Assembly: GCA_046563655.1 (NCBI GenBank)
Contig: CM102289.1
Span: 9,486,001 to 9,550,000 of the forward strand
DNA from: Yuukianura sp. NJ FZ-2021
Lineage: Eukaryota
DNA length: 64,000 nucleotides
Direction: 5' to 3'
Shown here piece after piece: positions 1 to 13,500 of this stretch. A program made the translations under genes and the position numbers. Below the pieces are notes generated by a model. That model ran no database searches, was not told the origin of the DNA, and saw only the letters and a program-made list of their open reading frames with translations. How positions within the stretch are numbered: position 1 is the stretch's first letter; each line of letters opens with the position of its first letter.

Positions 1-1504
1 TGGAAGTGGATAGACCTATTTTTGGACCAAAAAAAGACGAACTTGTCGTCTTCACAACAATTTATTTCCTCAAAACGCAACTTTCCAAACAAAAAAGTTG
101 AATTTGGAGAGCTAAGAAAAAAGCGGGAAAGTGTGTGAGGGGACAAAAGTTACAACAAGTTAAAGTGATTTCCATAAACATGACTCCGTTGCACACAAGT
201 TTACGAGACAGTTGAAAACGGTTTTCTTAAAAACAGAAATTGAAAAAGTTTTTTTTTGTTTTTTGATTTTTTATGTCTGAGTAAGTCAGTTTAGGCAATT
301 GAACTTGGATGTCAAAGTGATTTTTTTTTTCAATTTGCTACTTTTTGTTTTTTGAATGTAAATTCAAAACTACTTTTTTAGTTTGAGTTTACTGTTTTTA
401 AGATTTGAGCACCTCCGGCTCAAAACTCTTTAACTTAAAAGCTGCTTTTAAAAAAGTATCAAATTCTACTTTTTTGGAAATTTGAGATCAAATTTTAGAC
501 GTGCATTGACAGGCAAATGTATCCGAGATTGAAACAGGAACCGGAAAACTTCTAAAACGTCAGCTCAAGTTTAACTTCTGAGCAGAAAAACAAACACTTT
601 CAGAGTTTCTGAAATTTTAGAACCTTGGTTTATGTCTTGGCACGACTGAAAAATGTTGAGTAAAGCAATTTCGACTAGATTTTTAAAAAATTGAGTAGCT
701 AAATCAATCCAACAATGTCATTAAGAAAGCTAAACCAAAGTTGAAATTGGGGAAATAATTACGACACGACAGGTTTTTGAAAACTTGGAAGCAATTTGAA
801 GTTCATTGGCTTATTTTGAAATGGAACTGGGCGTAGAACAATAGGAAATCAATCCAGGTTGGTCTATTACGCTGAATTGGTTGAACCTTGAGAACTTCAT
901 TAAAAATTCAACCAAAGTAAAGAACAGAAGGAACAGAAAGTTTGTGGTTTCGGGGGAAATGAGGAAATCCTTCAAAAATTAATAGCACCAACGCATGGGA
1001 AATCCAAAAGTGAAAGCAAATTGAACGGTATTGACTTTTAGTTTGGAATCGAACGGATTATTGGTCTCTTGAGAGACAAAAAGTAGCCTAGCAATGACCT
1101 TCAGAATGTGAAAAAGTGAAGCACGTTTTTCCAAAGGTCAAAGACTGTCAAGGTCACGGAATCCATAATTATGCAGAACATTACAACAGGAGGTTTGGAA
1201 TTATTAACAACCTAAGGTCAAATGTTAGACTTTGGCTAACTTCAAATTCTAATGCAAGTTTGCATAGAAATTACTTTTTAAAGGAAGAGAAAGAAAAAAG
1301 AGGCGAGAAAGAAGTAAACAGAAGAAAAAGCCACAAAAACCTACATGAGAAAATGAAAAAAACTAAAAGAAAAAATGAAAAATTTCGGACGGAGGGAAAT
1401 TATTAATAAAAGTGTGGACTAAAAGTCAAAATTTTCATTTTTCTCATTTTGATAAAAATTTTGGAATATTTTGGAATGAAATTTTGAAAAGTGAGAGTAC
1501 TTAC

Positions 1505-4500
1505 AGTCTTATCTCCCAAATTTTTGACTTTGCAGTTGAGGTAAGCGTTCTTGCCTAGGAGAGCCGTGACATTTGGAGACGCCACTTTGTCAATATAAGG
1601 GAACGTTTTGCGTGGAGCGAGTAGCGCAGACTCCGTGTCTGCCGGTGACCCCGTGTCACTGTGACCTTCCTTGACCCGTCCAGAACCATCAGAGACATGG
1701 CCTATCGCTGGAAACACAAAAAGAAAAGCGTTTTAGAGTTATTATCTTTTTTTGGAACATGAAAAGAGGCTTGGAGAAGAACAAGAGGAAACTACTGGGC
1801 TCAACGAGCTAGAAAATGGACGACACAAAATGGCCCGTTTAGATAAAAGTTAAGAAGTCTCGCCAGGACCTCATTTTAGAAATTTTCTCGAGCAGACGAA
1901 AATTACTTTGTCCTTTTGTCTAAGTCGAGGTATGGAGCTGGCGCTGCAAAAAAAAAAAAAAAATGCCGCGCGACGTGAAATTTTCACGATTTTTTCCAAG
2001 CGGATGTAGAATTTTCCTGAATTCTCCTCAGTGCAGCTGAATTTCCACAATTTCCTTTCACCTCCCTCCAACTTCGCTGAATTTTCCCGATTTTTCCTCA
2101 AATCCGCAGAATTTCCCCGATTTTTCCTCAAACCAGCTGAATTTATCCGATTTTTTCTTAACACCGCTGAATTCTCTGATTTTTCCACAAATCCGCTGAA
2201 TTTCCCCGATTTTTTCTAAAATCTGCAAAAATTTCCTTAAATTCTCTTCAAATCAGTTGAATTTCCACGATTTTTAGTCAGTTCGGGGAAATTTTCGCGA
2301 TTTTCCTCGGTTTCGGTTGGAATTTTCCCGTTTCTTTTTAAATCCGCGGGAATTTTCGCGGTTTTTTAAGCTTGAGAGAATTTTCCCGACTTTTTCTTAA
2401 GCCTGTGGGAACTTCGGCGGTTTTTGGTCAAGTTGGCTAAGACAACTTAGGAAGAGGTCAGATTTGGAGTGACTTTGGCGCGTAATAGACAGGAAGTGAC
2501 CAGTCGTGTGTCAAGGACTTAACTTCTGGTGGCACAGAGTTTGAACTTGTGCTTCCAAGTATCCAAGTACTTCCAAGATAAAAGGAAGCTTCTGCCACAA
2601 CTTTTTTCTTTGAGGATGAAGCTTTCATGCTTTTTAGCTGCTGCCGAGAGGAAAGCGGAAGTCTATTAGGAAGCCAACGAAGCATGGCGAGCAAATAACG
2701 AGATGAACGGAAACGAGATATCGCTTCCCTTCCAGGCCCCTCACATCTTCATATCTCCTTTATGTTATTTCCAATATTGTCACACAAAAATGGAAATTTT
2801 GTGGCTGTTTTTTGAAAAACGGGTTGCTCAAAGTCGAGTTGTTTTAATAAAAGTGGAATTCCTACCACCAAATTCCAAATTCTTTAAACAGAGCATGTAT
2901 TCTTTGAAAAATTGCATTTTCAAATCTCGGAATCCGGAATTTACTTTATTCTTTAACAAAAAAACTGCACATTTCTAAAAATTTTGGCGGGAATTCAGAA
3001 CAAAATTCAAAGACTTTCACCATGTCCGTTTCAGAGTTAGACAAAAGACAAGCACAGCTTAAATAGAGCCAAAATTTTCAAAATTTTAAGCTTTTCAAAA
3101 AAAAAATATATATTTTTTCAAAAACCCCATTTTTGCCCGAACGCGTAACCTTAAGAAAGTAAAATTTAATGCATGATTTGTTCTTCTCACGCTGGTTGGA
3201 GAAAGTTTCGGCGTTGCATGTTTAAAAACGGTCTTCAACCTAGCCACTTTCTCTGCGATACTGTTTTGTAGTACACAAAAAATAGTCTTTTGACTAGTGT
3301 TATCGAAAAGCCTAAAACATAAACCCCGCCTTTTGTAAATATTTTGAAATTATAGACACAAAAGTTTTGAAAAGTCTATAATAAATGTATGTCTAAGCTC
3401 AAGGAAAGTAGCGGTTTTGTAATATTTTTGTTTATACTCTTTTTTTTTTGAAAAAAAGTTTGTACTGTTTGTATTTCGGGTGAGGTGAAATATAGACTCG
3501 TTTTCAATTTTCTGAGAGTTCCAATTTTGAAAAGTTTTTATGGAAAACATAAAGTGAGGTTTAGCGCTTCTCCACCACCGACAAGCGGGACTTTTAAACG
3601 TGCACAGTGTGGAAGATGACGAATTTTTGGCAGGATAAAAACCGAAAAGACTTTACGACTCAAACTGTAAGTACAAAATCTGCATTCAAATAAATTGAAA
3701 ACTTTCCCAAAAAGTTTCAGAAGCTGTGCACAAAAATAATAAAAAAAATGTCTTCATTTTACCTTTTTTTGCGGCGGGTAGGACAACGTTTCCAAGATTG
3801 CAAAAAATTTGAAACAAAAGCGGAAAGCAAAAAAAACTGATTCATTTTTTGCACATTTCAATTCAAATTCGTGTTTTGGGGAACAAAAGTGAAAGTTGAG
3901 CGGGAAAGTGAAAATTTAGCGGGAAACTTTTTAGAATTTGAATCTGGAGTTACAATTGCCGAACTGAAAAATAGTCTAAATCCAGTTGAACGCTTTTGAT
4001 TTACGGACTTGAAAATTGAATGGTCGTGGCTTATCCAAAAACTAAAGGTTAGAGTTTGGACATTTCCAAGATTGAATCTGGAGTAGGTTAACCTAACTGT
4101 TAGGCTAACCTACTCCAGAGTTCATCTTCTACGTTAGGCCTTAACACGAATAAATCATAGTCCTTCTGCTCCCTCAAGCGTTCAGCCTAACATAACGTAA
4201 AATGTTCAACTTTCTCCATCTGATTTGTTTCTATGGCTCTTTTTTCTGTCAAAGGTAACTCCATGAATGTAGTAGTTTCTTCCACTTCAGCTGTTTTAGG
4301 TTCAGATTAGGCTAACTTAGCCTAACATGACCAAATAGCCTAACCAAACCAACATTCAGATGACCAGAGACATTGCAAATCCAAAGTTTCCCGCCAACTT
4401 TCTCCTACTTTCAAAAATGTTGATTTTGTTAGCCTAACTAACCTAATAAAAGTGGCCCACTAACCTTACTTTCACTTTCACTGAAAAGCGGGCATTAGGT

Positions 4501-7500
4501 TAACAACCTAACTTGAAAGGAAATTTGCTTTAAAAATTCAGCTTTTGAAATAGGACTTCCCGCATGTTTTAAATGTTAGGTTGGTTAGGTTAGTGTTGCT
4601 TTGAAATTGAATAGAATGTAGTTATTTGTGGTAAGTAATTGAGAGATGAGGGTGTGATAAGACCTGAATAAATGGTTACTATTTAATTAGGAGGGAATTC
4701 TAGCAAAGAGATAAGGGGACAGTATTTGGGGGAATGGCGGGAGTAACTATTTGAAAACAATGGAGGAATGGCGGGAGTAACTATTTGAGGAAGATTCAAA
4801 GTTGTGGGAAGAGCGGGAAGAGATAGATGAGCAGATTGTTTTTCTTTGTCGATTCTGATTGTGGAGGGAAGCTTTTGCTAAGCCTGACTGATGGGGGTGA
4901 CTATGTTTTCTCCTTGGAAGAGTCTAATGCATGTAAATAGTTTTTTGTTCCAGGGAAATAAATAGATGGGCATTACTTTCTACTTGTTTTTTCTTTTTAT
5001 CTTAAGACTCAGGGCGCCGGGATTCGAACCCACGGCCAACTTGAGAAAGCACAACTTGAGAAAGTAAAGTGCGTCGGGGATTTCCAATTCCCGCAAATAA
5101 GGTTCTACTACTCTCACAAACTTTTAATTTCTTCTATCCTGACTTATTACTTTTTTCTTTTTGTGGGAATTTATAAAAACAAGGCGGGTAAAATTCAAAC
5201 AACATCCTATGCCGCCCAAACTTCAAAAAAAAAATCTCCCGCCTTGTAAAATTCAAAAAGAGAAAGTCCCAAGCTGTTCAAATACTCAAAAAACAAGTTC
5301 TTTCCCGCGTAAAGTTCAAAAAAAAGTTTCTCCCGCCGGCTAAAATTCAAAAAATGAGAAACCTTTGACGTCATTTGTACACTAAACATTAGAGGCTTCT
5401 TGCGAAATGACATTCCGTAGCAAAAGAATTTGTCAATGGAAAAAGTTGAATGAAGCAGTGTGTACTTTCCATTAGGAAAATGAGTTGGAGTGGAGAGAAA
5501 GTCTCTTCCATTTTCAAAATTTAGATTCGAAAGTTCTTTTGTAGATTTTATGTTAATATGTGGGGCAGAGGGTGTTTTTGAAAGTTTGGAATGAAGCAAT
5601 GAAGTTTATAGTGACATTTGTTGTAGTGCTGGTGTGGCTGTGTGGGAAATGAGGCTATTGGGAGTCATTTCCGAATGGGAACTTTCACTTTTCCAAGGAG
5701 AAAGTTCTGGAAATACAAAGTGGGAAATTACAAAGTGTGGCAGGAGGGCGGGAGAACTTTTAAATTTTAAAATCAAAATGGCGCCAAGGCAGTTCCTTCA
5801 AATTGGACTATTTTTGAAATTGGAGGGAGAGTTGTGTGTCTGGGGAGAAGTGAGTCAATGGGTGTCAATTTAATTTAAGGTTCGTACCACATCAGATGAG
5901 CTTCACCACACAACTTTTAATTCACTTTCAAATTAATTGAAAACGACGAATACTCAACCACAGTTGAGTTTCACTTTTCAAAAAAACGAGTTCCAGTTAC
6001 CAGCTGTTTCGAAAACTTTATGCCACAAAGTAGGTCATTCCAGTAGCAGCTTCCATTTTCAAAAAAAAAGACGAAAATTCCAACCTTTACACTTCTTCCA
6101 TTCTTAAACTTAAGAAAATCATAAAAATCCATTTCTTGAATTTTTAAATTCCGTAGATTAATTTCGGTTTTAATTTAATATTTTTTGGTTGAAGAAAATT
6201 CTGTTGTAAATTTTTTGTTTTAAAAATTGTTTATGCGTAACAAGAGGCTTGTATATTTAAATCAAGTTGTTCAAAATTAGATTTGATGAGTTTTTTGAAA
6301 ATCTGTTTTTCGAACAAGAAAAAAGAGGAAGTTTCATCTGAAGATGTGGAGATGTGCGTCTAATTTTAATGAAGAAGATAAGATAGTAGAAAATGCAATT
6401 TCACGGAGTAGAGTTAGAGAAGCTACCCGGGTTTCGGTTTTTAAATAAAACCAAATCCCAACGGACGTTGGTGCACCACAAAAAAAAATCCACTTTCTTT
6501 TTACAATTTTTAGACAACTGCGCGCCTCCAAAAATAATTTTTTCGTTCTTAGATTAAGCGTGTCCCATTTTTGCTCAATTCCAAACACATCAAGTGCGTA
6601 TTAACTTCGCACTTTCACTTTTTGTCACAAAAGAGAACAAAATAATAGAAGAAGGATCATAAATCTTGAAGAATTAGGCGGGGAAAAAAATATTCTGAAA
6701 ACTCAGTATTTCAAAACAGTCGCATTTTCGCTTTTCCCGCCTAGCCGTCTTGTCTTCAAAAATTTATTACTTTTTGGTGCGAAATTTTGGCAATGAAACT
6801 TTCTGCACTTTGGAAGTTACAAAGACTGCAACCAATATTTCATAAAAAGCGAAACAATGGACAGAAAAAAGTCTTTTCAAGTGACAAACGATGGAAATAG
6901 GAGGGTTTTGCAAGCTTTTGAAATTCAGGACGTGTTTTGAAAAAAGAAAAGTTTTTTGACATCCTTTTTAAAATAGAACTTTGTTTTCAAAGTTTTTTCT
7001 TTTGATGCTTCATTTTGAACGGCATAATTTGTAAACATGACAGAAATTAATCAGTCGTTGTCACTTTTGTGAAGTTGGCAATGATGGCAACACTAAAGTT
7101 TTAAAACAGCCGCCTTCCTTCTGGCTCCAGTTTCAAAAAATGAGTTTTTTTAAAAACCTTTTTTTTTAAAAAAGAAGATTTAAAAAAGCTTCTTTCAGAC
7201 GCTGAGACTCTGGCGCTTATTAATAAATGAAATCTTGGAAAAGGAGAAAGTGGAGTGGATAATTTATGAGGCTGGATTCTCGTATATCAATTTGGAAAAG
7301 AAGAAGGTACGACTAAGGTAAAATTTTGTTGAAAAGTTAGCCTAACTTTTCTGTCTCAACTTTCCACTTAAGCGGGAAATCAGAAGTAATTAGTTCTGGA
7401 GAGAGAAAAATTAGAGTGAAAGTGGAGAAAGTCGCCTTGGCGCTGTCACTTCCTCCAAGCAAAAGTCCATTTCCTCTGGAAATAGTTTCAGCACAGCCGC

Positions 7501-10500
7501 AATATGGGAAATGAAAAGTAAATTAGTAGATAAGGAGATGATGAGCACAGTTGTCATGACGACGACACGACATCTTAGAATGTGCGGTCTACTGCTGATG
7601 AGAATCTATGCTTAAAATACCTTCCGACATCCGGTGGAATCCGCGAGAGGCGGGAGGATTTCCTTTTGGTTTGGATTTGGCGCGGGTGACTTCAAAAAAA
7701 AAACGTGGGAGACTTTAAAAAATGCGGGAGACTTCAAAAAATGCGGGAGACTTCAAAAAAATCGGGAAACTTCAAAATTTTGGTGCCCTAGAGCTACTAC
7801 GTGCCGTTCTATTTTTAGTCGCCAAGGGAATTAAATAGCGACAAAAAAAAAGTCTAGGACAATGATGTACGGTCATAAACGGACCGGCAGTTTTGAGCGG
7901 TACGTTTATTGACGTACCGCGGTTTCACGGTACATAACGAAAAAATATCCGGTACAGACCGTTCCGTTCATAAAAGTCGGTACATAAGTTTCCGTCCAAG
8001 AGTGTCCGATATTCCTTCGGCTAAGGTAAAATAACGTACAAAATGTCGCCAGAGTCTCTTTTTTTTTTTGTAAAGAATTTTCCTTCTAAAGCCTTGCCAA
8101 GATTTTAAACCTTAGCGTTATGCTTGGAAGAAAGGTTTGGAAACAGACCGGAAGTTGCTGTTTCTGCTCCGAATTCGGTTTTGAGAACTTCCGTCCTCGG
8201 AGCCATTAAATTTCAGAGCCTTATTTTGCCCATTATTCACATCATGAAGTGAGGCATGTGTCTCCACATTGCTTCTTTCTTCCCGCCAAAAGTTCGTATC
8301 TCCCTGTGCTTCCTCCCTTCAATAGACTTTGGTTCTCGCTTCATTGGGAGTCAGTGGAGCAGGAGAAAATGGATTTCAACTTTTCTTTTGAAGTCAACTA
8401 GGACATCAAAGTCAGGCTTGAGTTATTGTGTAAACAACTTAGAAACATACGTTAAATTACGTTAGGTTTATGGCTACACATTAACCTAGCACTTTGGATT
8501 TAAGCTCTCGCAATTTGATTGTTGACTCTCACTTTATTTCCGTTTCGGAACATTTATGAAGATGCACGACACAAGGAGGGAGGAGGAGGGTGGAGGGAGT
8601 AACTAAAGATAGACAGCAGGAGGAGGGTGGAGGGAGTAACTATCTTGTAAAATAATAATTTGGTAAGGTTGGACTCAATGGATCCCTGGAGACATTTTGA
8701 AAATAGTCTTTTCTCGGAGTTTAGATTAAAACAAAGTGTTGAGCTGGAATTTAAACCAAAAGTTTTCGTGATTGTTGGACAAGGCGGAAGAGGAATGAGT
8801 TTGGGAGGGGTTGTGTGGTTGCGGTTTAGTGTTGGGAGTGATGCTGTTTTCAAAAAACCCGCCAACTCTAGTCAGTTGACAGTAGTGGTCTAATTAGTTT
8901 AAATTTTCCCGCTCCAGCCTGCTTTCTTTCTCAGCATTAAATAGACTCCTGCAGTACTTAAGTTCAGCCGACCATAAAACTCAGAGGAGCTTTCACCTAC
9001 TTTCACTTTCAAGGTGACTTAGAGGTCACGTCTTCTGCTTTAAAAAAAAGTGCAGTTTTGACAGTTTTTCAAAAAACTTGCAGTTTCAACTGTTTTTCAA
9101 AAAAGGTTGCAGTTTTGACAGTTTTGAAAGCGTGTTGCAGTTGCAGTTTTTGACGTTTTTTGAACATGAAAAACTGCAGTTTTAGTCTTCAAGTTTCTGA
9201 CATTTTGACGTTCCTTAAAATAAAATGCAATTTTTGTTCGATATCTGAGAGAAAAATGGCAGTTTTTGTTCTTTTTTGGAAGAAAAGTTGAAAGTCTGCA
9301 AGAAATGGAATTGAACAAGAAAAAGTTGTAGCGGAATGGAAAAAGTAGAAGATGAGGGCAGGATGGATGTTGTTGGCAGGAGAGAGATTTAAAAAGTAGT
9401 TCAAAGTTAAGTTTTTAGTTATTCTGTTTAAATTACATTGGAAAGTTTACTTTAGGCTCTGAATTTTTAGCTAAGTTTGCAAAATCCCCGGGCAGAATCG
9501 ATTCCTGATGTGCGTCGTCCGTTGTTCTAAAACTTAAGATCAACAGAGTCATAAATTAGAAGAGGCTTTCTCCGTGTGCCACTGCGGTGGTTGGTGTGGC
9601 TGTGACTCTGACTTTGTCTGTTCCTCCACCGATTCATCAGGAGGTGAAAGTGGAGGAGGAGGAGGAGGAGGAGGAGGGATGGGGAAAGTGTGTGCTGAGA
9701 ATTGGGGATTCGGAGGAACCTGGAAACTCTTGTCTCATCAACAAATGACTTCACGTCTTCCTCATTTTCTCCATGAATAGGCTCATTTTACATTCATGGA
9801 ATCCCGGGATTCTACTTCTAAGAATCCAGGATTTACAATTTCACAAATGGAATTTATTATTACTTCATTTTTGAAAAAAAAAGTACAAAAAACATAACTT
9901 AAGCAAGCACAATTTAAAAATTCCCTCCAAAATTGTAAAAGAAACGACTGCGCGGTTGACTTAATCATCATAAAATGACCGTATTTGAAATGAAACCCGA
10001 AAATTATTCACCAAAAACCGAAATTAAAGATCAAAATCTTAAAAAAAAATTAAATTTAACGCTTCTGGTGAAAGGTGGAAGGTCAAGGTAAAAGTGAAAG
10101 TTCGAAAAAAAAAATTTCAACTTCTTTTTTTTAAATTTTGAAATTGAGCTTAGAGTTATTCTCTTGTATAAAAAAGTTGAAAAGTGGCGGTTTTGTTATA
10201 AGTTAGTGCTGAGGTTGAGAGAAACTTTGAGAAATGGTGGGGTGAAAGTTTTCGGTGGGGAATTGGCCCTTCAAAGGTGGCACCTTAAAGTACTCTCAAG
10301 GACCCACCCACCCATCCACTACTTTCAGAACTCCACAAAAGTTAAGTCCAAAAGCACAAGTTGACCATGGTACGACCTTACTACTTTTATTATGCTTACT
10401 CAGGCAATCACTTTCTCCAACACCTTATCTCCACGGCCCCATTTTTCAAAATTGTTATGGACTCTACCGTAGTCGAGCTTGCTGGACCTGCCGCCGCTCT

Positions 10501-13500
10501 TTTCAGGTTAAATGCTACTTAAGCTCTCGAAGAGTCCAGCTACACTTTTTTTTCAAAATGTCAACTTCAATGAGGCCTCCCGCCACACCCTTTTCAAATA
10601 GCGCCAATCTTTAAATGTCCCAATTCGCCTAATTTTTGTCAATTACAGATCACAATTGGTCCAAAATTGATCAATTGAAGTCTAAAGTGATTGACATAAA
10701 GAACATACAGTTTTTTCCTAGTAAAAGTAAAAGTTTTTTCTAAGAAAAAGTGTTCTTTGGCTTCGCGAAACCCAATTTCGGCTTATTAACTTTCTCCGAA
10801 AGGAGAAAGTGACAAACTGTTTTTGTGGGTTCAAATTCAAACCCTCGACAAATTCCAAAGTCCCGCGTAATTGAACCGACTTCCTTATGGCCAATATCCT
10901 CCAAACTTCAGGAGAAAGTCAGAGTCTAGTGAAAGTCAGATTTTGAAAATGGCGGGAAAAGGCACTTAAGGATCCCACCTCTCCAGGAACTGAGCCACCA
11001 CCACCACCGTATGGCAAAACCAATGCTTTCTAACTATTATCATCCAGACTATAAGTTTGTCTAGCTTATAGGCTTTTAGAATCCTATAGGCGTTTTTAGA
11101 CTAGGTTGAAATGGAAAGCAATCCGAGGAATGAGCATTAGCACACTCGTACATACGTCGGCAGGGAAATGTCAGATTAGTATTCGAGCTGGCTTTCACTC
11201 CAGGACGAACTCTAAAGTCTAATAACTTTCTCCATGTGGAGCAACCACATCCTCCATCCACCTCCTCCTCCTCCTCCTCCGCTCTACGTGCCCTTTAACG
11301 CTCAAGCATTACAATGAAAATAAATTATTTTCTCTAATTTCATTATTCACAGTAGAGGTAAACCTGGATTTCCTTTTAACATTTTGAAGTGAAAGTGCGT
11401 TGTGTTAGGTGTCATTTCCAGAATAGTCGAATCCACAATTCCATTGTGGATTAGTGATCCATTGTTCCACATTTCACCAAAAGTCCACTTTTTATTTATG
11501 TCTCACCATGAGCTAGTATACTAAAACGTAATTTAACATTTTCCATAACATATTTTAACATTTCCCATCACATAATTTAACATTTTCCATAATAGCATAG
11601 CATTTTCCATTTTTATGTTTGGAGAAAGTCAGAGTGTGAAAAAAACGGAAAATGTCAACATTAGACTCCTGCGAGGAGTCGCAAGCGAAACACCACCGAA
11701 ATGGATGTCATCATCATCATCATGCTGGATGGTGGGGCTTGGTGGGGCTGGTGGGTTTTGGTGGGGCCAGGAAAGTATGAAATCTGGTATTCTCTGTCAT
11801 TTCTCTGTCTGAGGCTTAGGAGTTGAGACTTTATGATTGATAGGGAGAGGTTAAGTTAGGTTATACTTGAGGTTATGTTCGGCGGCCTCTGCAGCAAATC
11901 CATTCTTTTGAATTGAAGCGAGAGACATAAAGGTTATTCCAGAAATGGTTCAATAAGCCCACAACTCCAAGCCACTTTTTCTACTCAAAACATGGGAGGG
12001 AGAAAGTTTTTTGGGAAAAAAAAGTTTCAGCAGGGTTTCAGAGTCACAGAAATTGGTTGTTGAAGAGAAATGGGTCAAAAACTTTTTTTATGTAAGAGAA
12101 AGTAGGAAATGGCGGGAGGTTTGGAAAAGGTGAGACTAGGAATGTTTTTACAAGGCATTTCCCATTCATGATTCTTTATGCTCCACACACATCAAAAAAC
12201 AAAACAAAAACGAGAATGGGAACAAAAGAAAAACAGAAATGAGAACAAGGAAAAACAATAGGGATATCCTGGGTTTCAATAAAAATCGAAACCAACCACG
12301 GAGAAAGTCGTAAAAAAATCTCGGCTTTTTTCTCTTTGCTTCCGATGTCGATACAGGGATTGTAAAATTTTGAAAAGATCGATTTTTTTTCAAAAATTCT
12401 AAGACACGAAGATTTGTATTTTCCTGAACACCATTTTGAGCAATATCAACTGTCCTGAACTGCTTAAACTGTATGTCTTTGATTAAAGCTTTGCGTGTCA
12501 TAAATTACAACAACAAATTAACTTCACTGTTTGAGAAAGTTGTGTTTAAAAAATTGAAAACTGTCAACCTTTAGTAACCGGTGAGCAAAAATTAAAATAT
12601 TTGCTTAAATACTAAATTTTTTTCAGAATTTAAAATTTTGAGATGTTCTATTTTTCAAAAAGTAGAAAAAGCGTGGTATGGGCTTCAAGGTGCAAAATTC
12701 AAGTCAGTATTAAAAAAAATTTTTTTAATCAAATGCACTAGTGTTTTGTGAAGGTCAGAGGTCACAAACTGTCATTGTTTTTTAGAATGACAAAATAGAA
12801 GCGAAACGGAGTAAGTTTGTCATAATTTTAGACGGAAAGAGAGGATTAGAGAGTGAAAGTGTTTGAAACTAACGAATGAAGACAAGATGCTGTCATGCTC
12901 TGATACTTCCAACACTTTCCAAAATCCAAACTTTCAACTACCAGTTTAAAAACTTTTTCAAAAAACTGTTTCTGTCAAAACTTCATCAGGAGTGGCGGAA
13001 CAGACGGAAAACGGGATTGTGAAACACTTTTCTAAATACAAAACGTCTTAAAAGTTGTCATAAGTGGAACAAAATGCTACGCTCAACGACGTTTCTCTCT
13101 AAAATATTCCCAAACGTCTAAATTTTAGTGACTATATTTCTATAGACTAAGTCTAAAAAGTTATAGTCTCTCACACCCTTTGCTTCTGTAACGAAAACCA
13201 TGTTCTAGAAAAGTTTCTCCTCTTTTATGTGTCAAGCTCCACCAAAAAGAAAATTATCCACCGAAATTACGTCTATAGACGAAGGAGCAGAAAGTGATAG
13301 GCTTTTTTGTTAGGCTTTTATAGTCTCTCAACTACTAGGACTAAAGCTATCGTTTTTCTGGGTTAGGCTTTAGCACAAAGTGTGTTAGGAGAAAGTGGAA
13401 GTGAAAGTGGAGCCAAATTTGAAATCTAAAGTAAAAGGCGTGGTGCGGGCGCTTTTTGCGTTGCATGGTAGGGAGCCTTTTGGTTTCGTTTGGATTTTGT

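Noticed and set aside
1871..2219. ORFs 1871..2188 (-) and 2031..2219 (+) with 10-aa periodicity
   Set aside because: By-products of a 30-bp tandem repeat inside the Dpr intron; no splice or domain support.
5011..5036. tRNA gene
   Set aside because: Only the T-arm/B-box is present; no acceptor, D or anticodon arms could be folded.
9527..9780. ORFs with poly-Leu / poly-Gly
   Set aside because: Produced by a (GGA)n microsatellite; no compatible donor to link them to the Dpr exon.
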